In this document: positions 24,985 through 34,697 of the stretch, piece by piece
Position numbering within the stretch: position 1 is the first letter of the stretch
Layout: every line of letters begins with the position of its first letter
DNA from: a virus
Direction: 5' to 3' (one strand)
DNA length: 46,029 bases
Virus record (IMG/VR): IMGVR_UViG_3300045988_085935
Notes under the pieces: generated by a model
Databases searched by the model: none
What the model saw: only the letters and a program-made list of their open reading frames with translations
What the model was told of the DNA's origin: nothing
Position numbers and translations under genes: made by a program

Positions 24985-27900
24985 ATGGTAAACAGAGACT
25001 TGCAGGCAGTAAAAGCGGCAATCAGTCAGCAGAACACAATGCAGAAGCGCATGGAAAAGATGCAAATGAGATCGCTTTATGCAAATAACACGGCTGAATC
25101 TCTTATCAAAGGAGCGAAGAAGGCAGGATATACCGTTCCGGCATCCGCATATCAGCCTGTTCAGCAGGCACCTCAGCAGTCTGGTGGAATTACGGCAGAT
25201 TCTTTGATGAAAGAATATCAGCAGTGGCTCAGTGAACAGCAGAACACACCGCAGGATCTTCCTTCCGGCGGTTCTGCCGGTTCTGGATACAGACAGACTT
25301 TAACCACACAGGATCAGCGGATTCCTTCGCTTATGGATTCTGTGAAGAACATGAGCAACGAAGATCTTGCAAAGCAGATCAACATTGCAAACATGGTGAA
25401 AGACCAGAAAGCACAGTCTCAGGAAGAACAAAGCAAGAATGTTGCTGACATTCTGTCCAAACTGAACGGCGATTCCTCTATGGTTGACAAAGCAAGACAG
25501 CTTCTCAATCAGAGGAACACTGACTACACCAGTCAAACCGGAAAGACAGACTACGATGAAGCTGTCCAGAGGACGTTACAGAGTGCGATTCCTTCTCTTG
25601 CAGGCAATCAGCCACAGACCACAGAAAACGCACAGAAACCGGCACAGACTAGCGCACAGGGCTATTCTAACGAGGCAATTGCCAAGATCATGGCTGACGC
25701 AGGAGGTGGCGATGAAACCGCGCTTCTCAACCAGCTCAACAACGATCCAGAACTCGCAAAGAAGGCACAGTCTGTCTTAAACCAGAGGGATTCCGACTAT
25801 GCCGCACTGACCGAAAAGAAAGCGGAAACACAACAGCCAGTTCAGCAGACCACACAGCGCACATCTAAGCAGGTCAAAAAGGCTCAGTCTGCCTATAAGC
25901 AGGCTCAGGTAGCAACACAGACCGCAAAAAAGAAACTGGAAACTGAACAGAAGAAAATTGACCAGAACAGTCAAAAGTTGCAGTCCTTGCAGAATAGCCT
26001 TGCAAAAGCAAAGAAGATCTCACAGAAGACCGGGCATTATGAACAGGTTGACGCCATTCAGCAGAAGATCAGGGGATTGCAGGATACGTCTGCGGATAAC
26101 GAGGCTTTCAAGAAGGCTACAGAGAAATACAACAAAGCAAAGTTCAACGAACGCGCCGCTAAACTCAAATTGGCAAATCAGGCACTTGAAAATCCAGTTG
26201 CAAAGAGTGGGAAAGTGCTTAACGTAACTGCAAAGCCGAACAACGATCAGACACTTTCTACGGCACAGAACCTTGTTTCTGCTGCACAGAACGGAAAACT
26301 TACAAAGTCACAGAAAAGCGAAGCTAAAACACTTGCGAAGCACTATGAAAATAAGATCAGAGAAGCAACCCTAAAAGGGAAGAGTGTTTCTGATGATGAA
26401 ATGAACACCTACACAGCACTCAAAAATGCAACATCTGCCGGAGCATCGTTTATGAGCGGTCTTGCAAACGCCTTTTCTACAACGAAGAGAATGGTGCAAG
26501 GTGTCGGAAACGCTATTGGCAAACTGATGGGAGAAGATAACGCAGGGGACAAACTCTCCCAGAAATTGCAGACAACACAGAACACAGCAAAAAAGCAGAA
26601 CGGCATTGCAAATGTTGCGGGGACAATGGCCGGAAAAGGCGCACAGTATGCGCTGTTCAATCAGCTTGCTAATGCCGCCGGATTAACTCCAGCTATTTCA
26701 AACACGATGAACAAAAAGCTCGGTTTGAATACGGCAAGCATTGCCAACACTGCAAAAGGAGTTGCCGGGAAGAAACTAACAGAACAGCTTGCGGACGTGA
26801 TTGTCGGACAGGCGGCAGATACCGCGTTTGATACGATCCCAACAATTATGGATAACGCATCAGCAGGCAAGTATGACGGAGACGCAGGACGGCTTGTTAA
26901 TGATGTGTCTGCAAACCAGATGAACAACCTTGCTATGAACATGGGAATGAACACAATTCAGAGCGGTGTTATTCCTTCTATTTCTGATGCACTTAATAAC
27001 CTTTTGAGCAAGGGACAGACTGCGGAGGATGCAGTTTCTAATATTGCAAAGAACGCAGGGCTTAACGTCAATACGGCGGATCTCAACTATCAGAGTAACG
27101 AGGATGCCGCAGAAGAAGCGCGTAGAATGCTTTCTGATGAGCTTGCAAGAAAACGGGTGGCTGTTCAGTCTCCGGAGGATGCGAACAAGGAAGCATCGGA
27201 CATTCTCAGCCAGTACATGAACGAAACCAGAGGGAAGGAGAACGTTCAGACTGGAAGAAACAATTTCATTAACAAGGCTCAGAACGCACAGTATCCGGAC
27301 GAACAGGCCGGTTCCATTGTTTCTGCCGCAAAACAGAACCAGTGGGAAAGCGGAATGAAACAGCTTGAACAGCAAGCAAACACCGATGCGATGATAAGAC
27401 GCTACGGAATAAACAGAGACGATCCGTATGCCGAAGTTGTAACAATGCCAACGTATGCAGAAATGGATAGAACCGTTAATAAGATGAAACAGGTTCGTCC
27501 AGACCTTGCAGACGAGATTGACAACATGGCAGAAACCATTGAACCCGGATATCTCAGGTATGTATCCAGCATGAAAAACGGTACCGAATCTGCATCTTCA
27601 GATCATAAGTTCGGACAGATTTATAAGGATGTTGGAACGTCTGACCTTGCCGGAGACGAGAAAATTTATCTCGGAGAATACAACGGGAAAAAGCCAATTG
27701 ATCCTTACACATCCTTGTCAAATTTGCAGAAGAATGTGGATAAGTTTGAGGAAAAGTACGGCGTGCAAGACGAAACCGTCAGGGAACTGTTGACGAAAGC
27801 AAAACGCGCCGTAAACGACATTGATGATGCTGTTGGTAATGGCAAATATGGTGTTGCCGGCGAAGCAATTGATAACTATCAAAGCGCAATGAAGGACTTG

Positions 27901-30900
27901 AAAAAGTACGCAAAGGACAACATTGATGGCTTTGACGCAAACGATATCAATCTTCGTTCTGTGTCCGGTTCTTCAAACAACATTTGGAACTATCAGAAAC
28001 ACCGTGTACAGAAGTCCAACGAGGTTTATAATCCGGATGCTTATGCAGGAGAGCCGGTCAAAAAAGCGGTAGGGGAAAGCAAGGAAATTCCTTCCATCAA
28101 AGACGGTTCCGATTGGAATCCGAACAAGAGAATCAGTGAGATTCTTGGGCGCGATGTAACAATGGCATCCGATATGGATGTTCCAAAGAGCGATACTATT
28201 ACAAGTAAGGTTCCCTCTGATACAAAATCAGTTTCAAAAGTCGCAAAAAAGGAAGAGATTCCCTCTATTTCTATTAACGATGGGGCAAAAAAGGATACAA
28301 ACGTTGATGAGTTGAACAAGCGCGGACAAAATGCGTTTGATCAGCTTGTTAATGATGTAAAAAAAGCCGAAGGTAAGGCAAACGACATCCCCGATATAGA
28401 CAATGGCAAGGTGTATACCACACCCGGAACGGCAGAAAAGGAAGTTGATCCGGAAGATGCAGTAGACCTTATGTCGGAACGCATGTCGAAGCGTAAGAGC
28501 AAGACGGACAACGAAGGCTATATTGGAAAAGGCTATACCAACACTATCAAAAATTCCGGTCTTGCCACGGATGAGCAGTATGTGAAGGGCCTTGACGAAC
28601 AGACACGCCACTTCACTGTTTCGGAGAAGGAATCCTTTGAAACTGGTAAGGCAATCTATGATAGCAATCCGAGGGCATTTGTTCAGAAATATTCTTCTTC
28701 CATGGGAAAAGATCAGCTCAAGGCCCTCGGATCGTCTGATGTTGATGCAATGCACATTGCTTATGGAAAGCTGAATCAGATGGCAAAGAACGCAACCGAT
28801 CCGGCAGAAGCAGAGAGCCTTAGAAGACAGGCTTCCAGCATTGCACGTAATCTTACGGATGCGCAGCACTATAACGCTCAGACGTTGCAGGCAAACGCGA
28901 AATGGAGAAACAACATTGACGGTGCGCTGATGTCTGCTGACGGAACAATGAAACGCCTTCGCGATGAAGCACTTTCTCCTAAAGAGCATAGTCAGATTGA
29001 CGATGCATCACAGAAGATTTCTGAAATGCTCAAGAAGATGCTTGATGGAAAGATGGAAACAACGTCAGACAATCAGCTTGCATGGCAGGAAGTGAAGAAA
29101 GCCCTTGACGGTTACTCTCAGCTTAAAGGAAAGTTTACAGACAAACAGATTCAGAACCTTACGGATTCTGTTCTGAAAGACAAAGACTGGAACGGCATTC
29201 AGGATTTTCTTGAAATGCAGATGACCGGATACGGCGGTGTTTCTTCGGAAGCAATCGACAAAGCGACAATGCTTTTCGATGAAGCACAGAAGCATGGTTA
29301 CAATTCCAGAAAGTACATGGATCTTGAGCAGGAAGCATACAGCGTACTTGCTAAAGATATCCAGTCTCAGCCGGGATATAAAGGTGCATCGTTCGGGCAG
29401 AAGTTAGATTCTTTCCGTTATCTTATGATGCTTGGAAATCCGAAGACGCAGGTAAAAAACATCGCAGGAAACGTACTGTTCGGCAAGCTCACAAACCTTA
29501 AAGACGATATTGGTGCGCTCATTGAGACTTCCGTTGATCGTGCGAACAAGGCGTCCGGTGGCAAAGGAATACAGAGGACAAAATCCATTCTGAATCCGCT
29601 TAGTGAGAGCGATAGCAGACTTGTTTCCGCTGCAAAAGAATATGGTGAAGAATACGCCGCAAGGGCACTGTCTGGAAACAAATACACGAATCCGGGAGTG
29701 GAACTGGACAAGGCACTTTCAACCTTTGGAAACGGAAAGGTCGGAAAGTTTATTCAAAGGCTGTCTGACTTAACAACAGAATCGTTGGATAAAGCAGATC
29801 AGAAAGCAATGATGAACAAGTATCAGAATGCTCTTGCCCGTTATGTGAAGGCAAACGGGAAAGACGTTTCAATCTTTTCTGATACATCACAGGAAGCAAA
29901 AGACTTCCTGTCTATGGCAAGTGATTATGCTGTTCATCAGGCAGAGGAAGCAGCGTTCCATCAGGACAGCAAGCCTGCGTCCGGGCTTACAAACTTTGCC
30001 ACAATGTTAAAGAATGGAAACATTGGAGATAAAGCGGCCGGTACACTCATTGATGCAACAGTTCCATTCAAAAAGACACCAATCAACGTGTTAAAATCAT
30101 GCCTGCAATACAGTCCGGCAGAATATTTGTATGCCTTTGCTGACGCATATAAGCTCCATCGTGGCGAAATTGATGCGGCAAAGTTCATTGATGACATGGC
30201 AAAAGCAACAACCGGAACAACAATGTATGTTGTTGGAGGTATTCTTGCCAACGAGGGTATTATCCGTATCGGTTCCAACAAAGGGACAAAAGAAAAGAAC
30301 ACAGACACAAGAACCGGCGTGCAGAACGGTGCGTTGTATATTGGCAACCACAGTATTGATCTTTCAGACCTTGCTCCGGCAGCGTATCCGCTTATAGCAG
30401 GCGCAACGTTCCAAGAATCATTCAAAAATGAAGAGGACTTTAAAACGGCTATTATAAAGGCCATCTCAAGTTCTGCATCAAGCCTTGTTGAGACCACGAT
30501 GCTCATGGGAATAAACAACATCCTAGAGTCCGTAAAGTATGCAGATCAGGATGAAAGCGGAATCACTTCCGTTGGTAAAGCCGTAGCGGAAAGCTATGCA
30601 GGGCAGTTCCTTCCTACACTTGGCAGAGCGATCAACTCTACCGTTGATGATACACAGAGAAGTTCCTACTCAAGCAAAACCGGAGTAGGGAAAGAGGTTG
30701 AAAGCACAGCAAAATACCTTGAAACAAAAATACCTGGCTTACAGCAGGTTGGAGATTGGGCTGATAAAAACAACATCCCCGTTCTTAACAAGCTGAAACT
30801 GCAACCGGCTATTGATGCTTGGGGCAACGTAAAGAAGCAGAACAGTGTCGGCGTGGATGCCTACACTGACAACAAGGTAGCAAACGCAGTCGGAAGAGGT

Positions 30901-31986
30901 GTTGCTAACCTTGCTACGCCTACAAAGTTATCAGCAGACAAGAGCACGGATCTCGACAACAAGATCAGAGAATTAAAAGAACGCCTTGTTTCCAACGGGG
31001 AAATGTCTGCGGAAGATGCGGACAACCTGTTCCCGTATACGGCTACGAGTGAAGCCAAGATCGGCGGCGAAAAGCTGTCAGAAAAGGACTGGACACAGTA
31101 CCAGATCGACAAGGGAACAACGAGCGCGGAGCTTGCAAAAGAGCTTCTTACAAGCGGAAAATATGACGATCTGAGCGATACAGATAAAGCAGATATCCTT
31201 CAGAAGATCTATAAGTTCTCTAAGTCGAACACTGCGGCAGAGTACGGTGGAAGTGCTTCCTCAAGCAATTCTAAGCTCTCAGAAGCCTATAAAAACGGTG
31301 GAGCAGAAGCGGTTATTGAATCCATGATTGGATCATCCGAAAAGAGTTCTTTCACAAGTGCAGTACAGGCAAGCAACAGCGAAGGTAAGGCTTCGATTGA
31401 CAACGTAATCGACTACTTGAACGCCGTTGAAAAGAAAAATCCTGCGCAGGCTAAAGAACTGGCTTCTCAGGCATCCGAATACCAGAACGGAACGTATAAG
31501 AAGCAGAGTGGGAAGTGGGTATACCAGAACAAGAACACCACAAAGACCGGAACAGGGAAAGCCGTTACAATTCCCGGCCCTGATGAAGTTGGGCTTCCGA
31601 AGGCATCCACGAAGGCAAGCACGAAAAGCGCCGAAACTGTTCCGGATATTTCCAGTAAACTTTCGGAAGTGCGAAAGAACAAGGACAAGGCTATCGCCGC
31701 AATCAAAAAAGGTGAATCTGCTGACAGTGCCGTAGTAAATGCCGGCTATTGGGCTAACAGGAACTACGAAAGCAGATACAGCAAATATTCATCGGCAAAG
31801 ATTCCGGGGCTTAGCAAGTCTGAGGAAAACTTCAAACTTATCTATCAGACGATGGATTCAGACCGAAACGGCAACCTGAAAAAGAAAGAGGTTGTGGACT
31901 ACATCAACAGTCAGAACCTCACAGCGGAACAGAAACGAGCAATGTTCAGCGCGTTCGCCAACAAGAACTGGAAGAATCCATACTAA
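24985..31986 (+). CDS. Giant protein (2333 aa); candidate virion-internal/ejected polyvalent-like protein with a C-terminal EF-hand loop
   Basis: AGGAG lies 6 nt before ATG 24985, while the track start at 24943 lies inside the terminator hairpin. Uninterrupted 7-kb ORF with a Q-rich N-terminus and a conserved-looking core (GNPKTQVKNIAGN..., VPFKKTPINVLK...). Confidence 0.5.
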   Translation: MVNRDLQAVKAAISQQNTMQKRMEKMQMRSLYANNTAESLIKGAKKAGYTVPASAYQPVQQAPQQSGGITADSLMKEYQQWLSEQQNTPQDLPSGGSAGSGYRQTLTTQDQRIPSLMDSVKNMSNEDLAKQINIANMVKDQKAQSQEEQSKNVADILSKLNGDSSMVDKARQLLNQRNTDYTSQTGKTDYDEAVQRTLQSAIPSLAGNQPQTTENAQKPAQTSAQGYSNEAIAKIMADAGGGDETALLNQLNNDPELAKKAQSVLNQRDSDYAALTEKKAETQQPVQQTTQRTSKQVKKAQSAYKQAQVATQTAKKKLETEQKKIDQNSQKLQSLQNSLAKAKKISQKTGHYEQVDAIQQKIRGLQDTSADNEAFKKATEKYNKAKFNERAAKLKLANQALENPVAKSGKVLNVTAKPNNDQTLSTAQNLVSAAQNGKLTKSQKSEAKTLAKHYENKIREATLKGKSVSDDEMNTYTALKNATSAGASFMSGLANAFSTTKRMVQGVGNAIGKLMGEDNAGDKLSQKLQTTQNTAKKQNGIANVAGTMAGKGAQYALFNQLANAAGLTPAISNTMNKKLGLNTASIANTAKGVAGKKLTEQLADVIVGQAADTAFDTIPTIMDNASAGKYDGDAGRLVNDVSANQMNNLAMNMGMNTIQSGVIPSISDALNNLLSKGQTAEDAVSNIAKNAGLNVNTADLNYQSNEDAAEEARRMLSDELARKRVAVQSPEDANKEASDILSQYMNETRGKENVQTGRNNFINKAQNAQYPDEQAGSIVSAAKQNQWESGMKQLEQQANTDAMIRRYGINRDDPYAEVVTMPTYAEMDRTVNKMKQVRPDLADEIDNMAETIEPGYLRYVSSMKNGTESASSDHKFGQIYKDVGTSDLAGDEKIYLGEYNGKKPIDPYTSLSNLQKNVDKFEEKYGVQDETVRELLTKAKRAVNDIDDAVGNGKYGVAGEAIDNYQSAMKDLKKYAKDNIDGFDANDINLRSVSGSSNNIWNYQKHRVQKSNEVYNPDAYAGEPVKKAVGESKEIPSIKDGSDWNPNKRISEILGRDVTMASDMDVPKSDTITSKVPSDTKSVSKVAKKEEIPSISINDGAKKDTNVDELNKRGQNAFDQLVNDVKKAEGKANDIPDIDNGKVYTTPGTAEKEVDPEDAVDLMSERMSKRKSKTDNEGYIGKGYTNTIKNSGLATDEQYVKGLDEQTRHFTVSEKESFETGKAIYDSNPRAFVQKYSSSMGKDQLKALGSSDVDAMHIAYGKLNQMAKNATDPAEAESLRRQASSIARNLTDAQHYNAQTLQANAKWRNNIDGALMSADGTMKRLRDEALSPKEHSQIDDASQKISEMLKKMLDGKMETTSDNQLAWQEVKKALDGYSQLKGKFTDKQIQNLTDSVLKDKDWNGIQDFLEMQMTGYGGVSSEAIDKATMLFDEAQKHGYNSRKYMDLEQEAYSVLAKDIQSQPGYKGASFGQKLDSFRYLMMLGNPKTQVKNIAGNVLFGKLTNLKDDIGALIETSVDRANKASGGKGIQRTKSILNPLSESDSRLVSAAKEYGEEYAARALSGNKYTNPGVELDKALSTFGNGKVGKFIQRLSDLTTESLDKADQKAMMNKYQNALARYVKANGKDVSIFSDTSQEAKDFLSMASDYAVHQAEEAAFHQDSKPASGLTNFATMLKNGNIGDKAAGTLIDATVPFKKTPINVLKSCLQYSPAEYLYAFADAYKLHRGEIDAAKFIDDMAKATTGTTMYVVGGILANEGIIRIGSNKGTKEKNTDTRTGVQNGALYIGNHSIDLSDLAPAAYPLIAGATFQESFKNEEDFKTAIIKAISSSASSLVETTMLMGINNILESVKYADQDESGITSVGKAVAESYAGQFLPTLGRAINSTVDDTQRSSYSSKTGVGKEVESTAKYLETKIPGLQQVGDWADKNNIPVLNKLKLQPAIDAWGNVKKQNSVGVDAYTDNKVANAVGRGVANLATPTKLSADKSTDLDNKIRELKERLVSNGEMSAEDADNLFPYTATSEAKIGGEKLSEKDWTQYQIDKGTTSAELAKELLTSGKYDDLSDTDKADILQKIYKFSKSNTAAEYGGSASSSNSKLSEAYKNGGAEAVIESMIGSSEKSSFTSAVQASNSEGKASIDNVIDYLNAVEKKNPAQAKELASQASEYQNGTYKKQSGKWVYQNKNTTKTGTGKAVTIPGPDEVGLPKASTKASTKSAETVPDISSKLSEVRKNKDKAIAAIKKGESADSAVVNAGYWANRNYESRYSKYSSAKIPGLSKSEENFKLIYQTMDSDRNGNLKKKEVVDYINSQNLTAEQKRAMFSAFANKNWKNPY

Positions 31987-32026
31987 AAAAGAACACCTCA
32001 CTGGAAAACCAGTGGGGTGTTTTCTT
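31985..32026. terminator. Bidirectional terminator between convergent genes
   Basis: A 13-bp stem AACACCTCACTGG-AAAA-CCAGTGGGGTGTT, flanked by A6 and a T-run. Confidence 0.85.
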
Positions 32027-32603
32027 ATACCGTGTATTCATCTTTTCCGTTTGCAACAGCCTTGTAACATGAATCAATGGCAGCACGAAAATTCTTTATG
32101 TCTGGCAGAACAGCTTCCGGTTGACGAATGCTTCCTGTCGAATTAGCTACTGTGTACTTACTAAAGATCAGCTCTGCAACATCAATTCTCTCTTTGATCT
32201 GTAAGTGATTCAATGCGCACAGCTCATCAACCTGTCCGTTCCATGACGAACCAGTCCCGCCAAACAAACAGAAGGCGAGCCTTCTTATCTCTGAATCCGG
32301 AGCTATGTTTTTGAAATACCGAACAACAGCATCGCGGATATACTGCACAGAAGCCTTTGTGCTTTCACTGGAATCTGGATCTGGATGAAGGTATTCCAGA
32401 TAGTATCTGAGAGGGTTTACACCGCACATATCAAGCCATTCAACCACATCTTCAAACGGTGGGTTTGCGGTTCCGTATTCCCACGCTTGGATAGTTGAAA
32501 CGGAGTGATGCATAGATTTTGCTAAACTTCGCTGACTGATGCCGGCCGAAACCCTTGATTTATGAAGTATACCGACCAATGCATCAGATACTACCCTGCT
32601 CAT
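32025..32603 (-). CDS. XRE-family HTH regulator with an unknown C-terminal domain
   Basis: GAGGAGG SD before ATG 32603. ISQRSLAKSMHHSVSTIQAWEYG is a typical HTH_3 core. Divergent from the downstream cassette. Confidence 0.7.
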   Translation of the reverse strand: MSRVVSDALVGILHKSRVSAGISQRSLAKSMHHSVSTIQAWEYGTANPPFEDVVEWLDMCGVNPLRYYLEYLHPDPDSSESTKASVQYIRDAVVRYFKNIAPDSEIRRLAFCLFGGTGSSWNGQVDELCALNHLQIKERIDVAELIFSKYTVANSTGSIRQPEAVLPDIKNFRAAIDSCYKAVANGKDEYTV

Positions 32604-32717
32604 ATTAAAATCCTCCTCTCTTTTGATTTTTAACACGATATTCCGTGTCAAAATAGACGATCTGCACACATGACTAATGTACGCAGAATCTTAAAATGCA
32701 CTCAGGAGGTGGGAATT

Positions 32718-33137
32718 ATGGCAAGAAATGATATGTACTATCCCCCGTATTACAATCCGATGCAAAGACCGATCAGCCTGTTGCATTGTTCCGGTGCAAG
32801 CGGAGCAACAGAAACGAGATTGCCGCCCGAATCAACAGCGGCGGTCTTCGATGACCAGACCGACCGGGTGTACATCGTAACCAATGAAGGGGATTTCACG
32901 GGCAAGTCAAGAATAAAATATACGTTCGATCTTGTCAAAATTCCTACTCCTAATGATGTAATTACCCGTTCCGAATTTGATGAACTGCGGAGGTCTATAG
33001 AGAATGTCCAGCACGCTATTTCCGAACAACTCAAACCAACAGGACTTGCAGAAAGCGATGAAACAGGCGCAGAAGATGGCAAGCAACCCGAACATACTGC
33101 AACAGGTTCTTCAAATGGTCGGAAGCGGATCACCTAA
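32718..33137 (+). CDS. Hypothetical protein with an N-terminal YYPPYYNP motif
   Basis: AGGAGGTGG SD. The 3' 134 nt overlap the next ORF in another frame. Confidence 0.55.
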   Translation: MARNDMYYPPYYNPMQRPISLLHCSGASGATETRLPPESTAAVFDDQTDRVYIVTNEGDFTGKSRIKYTFDLVKIPTPNDVITRSEFDELRRSIENVQHAISEQLKPTGLAESDETGAEDGKQPEHTATGSSNGRKRIT

Positions 33138-33213
33138 AGATTTATTTTATGCCAAGTGTAAAGAAATGGGCATAAATCCGAACACAATTTTATCAATGCT
33201 TAACATGAAATAA
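33004..33213 (+). CDS. Hypothetical 69-aa protein (overlapping frame)
   Basis: GGAGG lies 10 nt before ATG 33004. Non-random helical sequence ...NPNILQQVLQMVGSGSPKDLFYAKCKEMGINPNTIL. Confidence 0.45.
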   Translation: MSSTLFPNNSNQQDLQKAMKQAQKMASNPNILQQVLQMVGSGSPKDLFYAKCKEMGINPNTILSMLNMK

Positions 33214-33275
33214 CCCGATCAGGTTATCTATAAACGGTCTTATCGGCCCGGATTGATTCCATAAGGAGGTAAATT

Positions 33276-33881
33276 ATGGATGGAACAATGTCCCCGGCTG
33301 ATATGGCGGCCGTAATGGGAAACGAAGGTGCCGGTGGTTGCGGCGGCGGTATGTGGATCTTTGCACTGCTGATCCTGCTTGCAATCGGAGGTGGTGGCGG
33401 TCTTTTCGGCGGGAAAACCGGAGATCGCGGAGCAACCGTTGGAGATGTCCAGAGATCCACTGATTTTGCAGCTCTTGAGCGGCAGAACAACGAGATCACG
33501 GACGCAGTAAGACAGGGTGTGTATGACACAACCGGAGCAGTCAAGGATGCCAACTATAACACGCTTGGAGAGATTAGAGACCTTGAAACAGCGGTTAATA
33601 CTGGCTTCACGGACATGCAGAAGTGTTGCTGTGAGACACAGAGAGCGATTGACGGTGTGAAGTACGAAGGTGCTATTAACACTGCTTCGATCAATCAGAA
33701 CACCACTGCACAGGTTCAGAAGGTGCTTGACGCAATCGCAGGAAACCGCATGGCAGACATGCAGAACCAGATCAATCAGCTTCAGCTTCAGGCGGCTATG
33801 TGTGGGATTCCGAGAACGAATCCCTACGCATACGGAGTGTATCCGTACAATCCGTCTCCGTGCTGCGGCAACTACAACTAA
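33276..33881 (+). CDS. Membrane-anchored coiled-coil protein with a CCCET motif and a Cys/Tyr/Pro-rich C-terminus
   Basis: AAGGAGG SD. Gly-flanked TM segment GGCGGGMWIFALLILLAIGGGGG, then long helices, ending in NPYAYGVYPYNPSPCCGNYN. Confidence 0.6.
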   Translation: MDGTMSPADMAAVMGNEGAGGCGGGMWIFALLILLAIGGGGGLFGGKTGDRGATVGDVQRSTDFAALERQNNEITDAVRQGVYDTTGAVKDANYNTLGEIRDLETAVNTGFTDMQKCCCETQRAIDGVKYEGAINTASINQNTTAQVQKVLDAIAGNRMADMQNQINQLQLQAAMCGIPRTNPYAYGVYPYNPSPCCGNYN

Positions 33882-33887
33882 CTGTAA

Positions 33888-33917
33888 GCCCTGCCGCTTC
33901 GGCGGTGGGGCGTTTTT
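33888..33917 (+). terminator. Intrinsic terminator inside the accessory cassette
   Basis: GCCCTGCCGC-TTCG-GCGGTGGGGC followed by T5. Confidence 0.85.
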
Positions 33918-33934
33918 CAAAAAGGAGAAAGAAT

Positions 33935-34378
33935 ATGGCAAACTGTAACTGCCTTAAAAATCCGCATTATAAATCCAGCTCTCAGTTCTACTGCACAACG
34001 TCCCAGACAATCGGAGCCACTGCGGCACCGCTGTCCCTGCTTGGAACTGAGGTTACTGATACCGGAGCTTCCGTAAACGTGCTTCCAACCGCAATCCAGA
34101 TTGACCACGGCGGTTTGTATGAGATCGAGATTGCCGTTAATATCGCACAGACAGCAGCAGGCATAGTAAATCTTGCCCTTGCAAAGAACGGGACTGTATT
34201 GCCCGAATCTCAGCGTTCTGAGACCGTACCGATTGGTAATTCCATCATGGAGACAAGAACGATCCGTTACCTTGCAACATGTTGCTGTCAGGAGCCGACA
34301 CAGATTCAGCTTCTTATCAGTGGAGAAGGAACCGGAACGGTAACGCTTGTATCCGGATGCATCGTTAAGCTTGCGTGA
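33935..34378 (+). CDS. BclA-C-terminal-domain-like (C1q/TNF-like jelly-roll) Cys-rich protein
   Basis: AAGGAGAAAG SD. The strand pattern ...IQIDHGGLYEIEIAVN...LALAKNGTVLPES...IQLLISGEG...VSGCIVKLA resembles BclA/exosporium C-terminal domains. NCNC and CCCQE motifs are present. Confidence 0.4.
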   Translation: MANCNCLKNPHYKSSSQFYCTTSQTIGATAAPLSLLGTEVTDTGASVNVLPTAIQIDHGGLYEIEIAVNIAQTAAGIVNLALAKNGTVLPESQRSETVPIGNSIMETRTIRYLATCCCQEPTQIQLLISGEGTGTVTLVSGCIVKLA

Positions 34379-34386
34379 GGTGGACT

Positions 34387-34695
34387 ATGAAACAGATTGA
34401 AAAGTTCATGGAACAGATTACGGATGAACTGGACGACACGAGGGATTATGCAAAGTGGGCGGCAGAGATCAAGGAGAAATGGCCCGACATTGCAGAAACC
34501 CTGTATACGATCAGCACGCAGGAGTATAAGCACGCAACCATGCTTCACGAAGCTGTTCTGAAGATCAAGGAACGAAGGATGGCAGAAGGCTCGCTTCCGG
34601 AAGGAGCATTGGAGTTCTGTTCTTACATGCAGAACAAGCACGTTGACATGATGGCAGATGCCAAAGCATATCAGGATATTTACAAGGAGATGTAA
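34387..34695 (+). CDS. Hypothetical helical-bundle protein (102 aa)
   Basis: GAGGTGG SD before ATG 34387. Confidence 0.5.
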   Translation: MKQIEKFMEQITDELDDTRDYAKWAAEIKEKWPDIAETLYTISTQEYKHATMLHEAVLKIKERRMAEGSLPEGALEFCSYMQNKHVDMMADAKAYQDIYKEM

Positions 34696-34697
34696 TC

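Noticed and set aside
28234-30521. Long minus-strand ORFs (251 aa at 28234-28989 and 186 aa at 29961-30521) inside the giant gene
   Set aside because: They are antisense shadows of a continuous 7-kb + strand ORF. They have no SDs and a hydrophobic, low-complexity composition.
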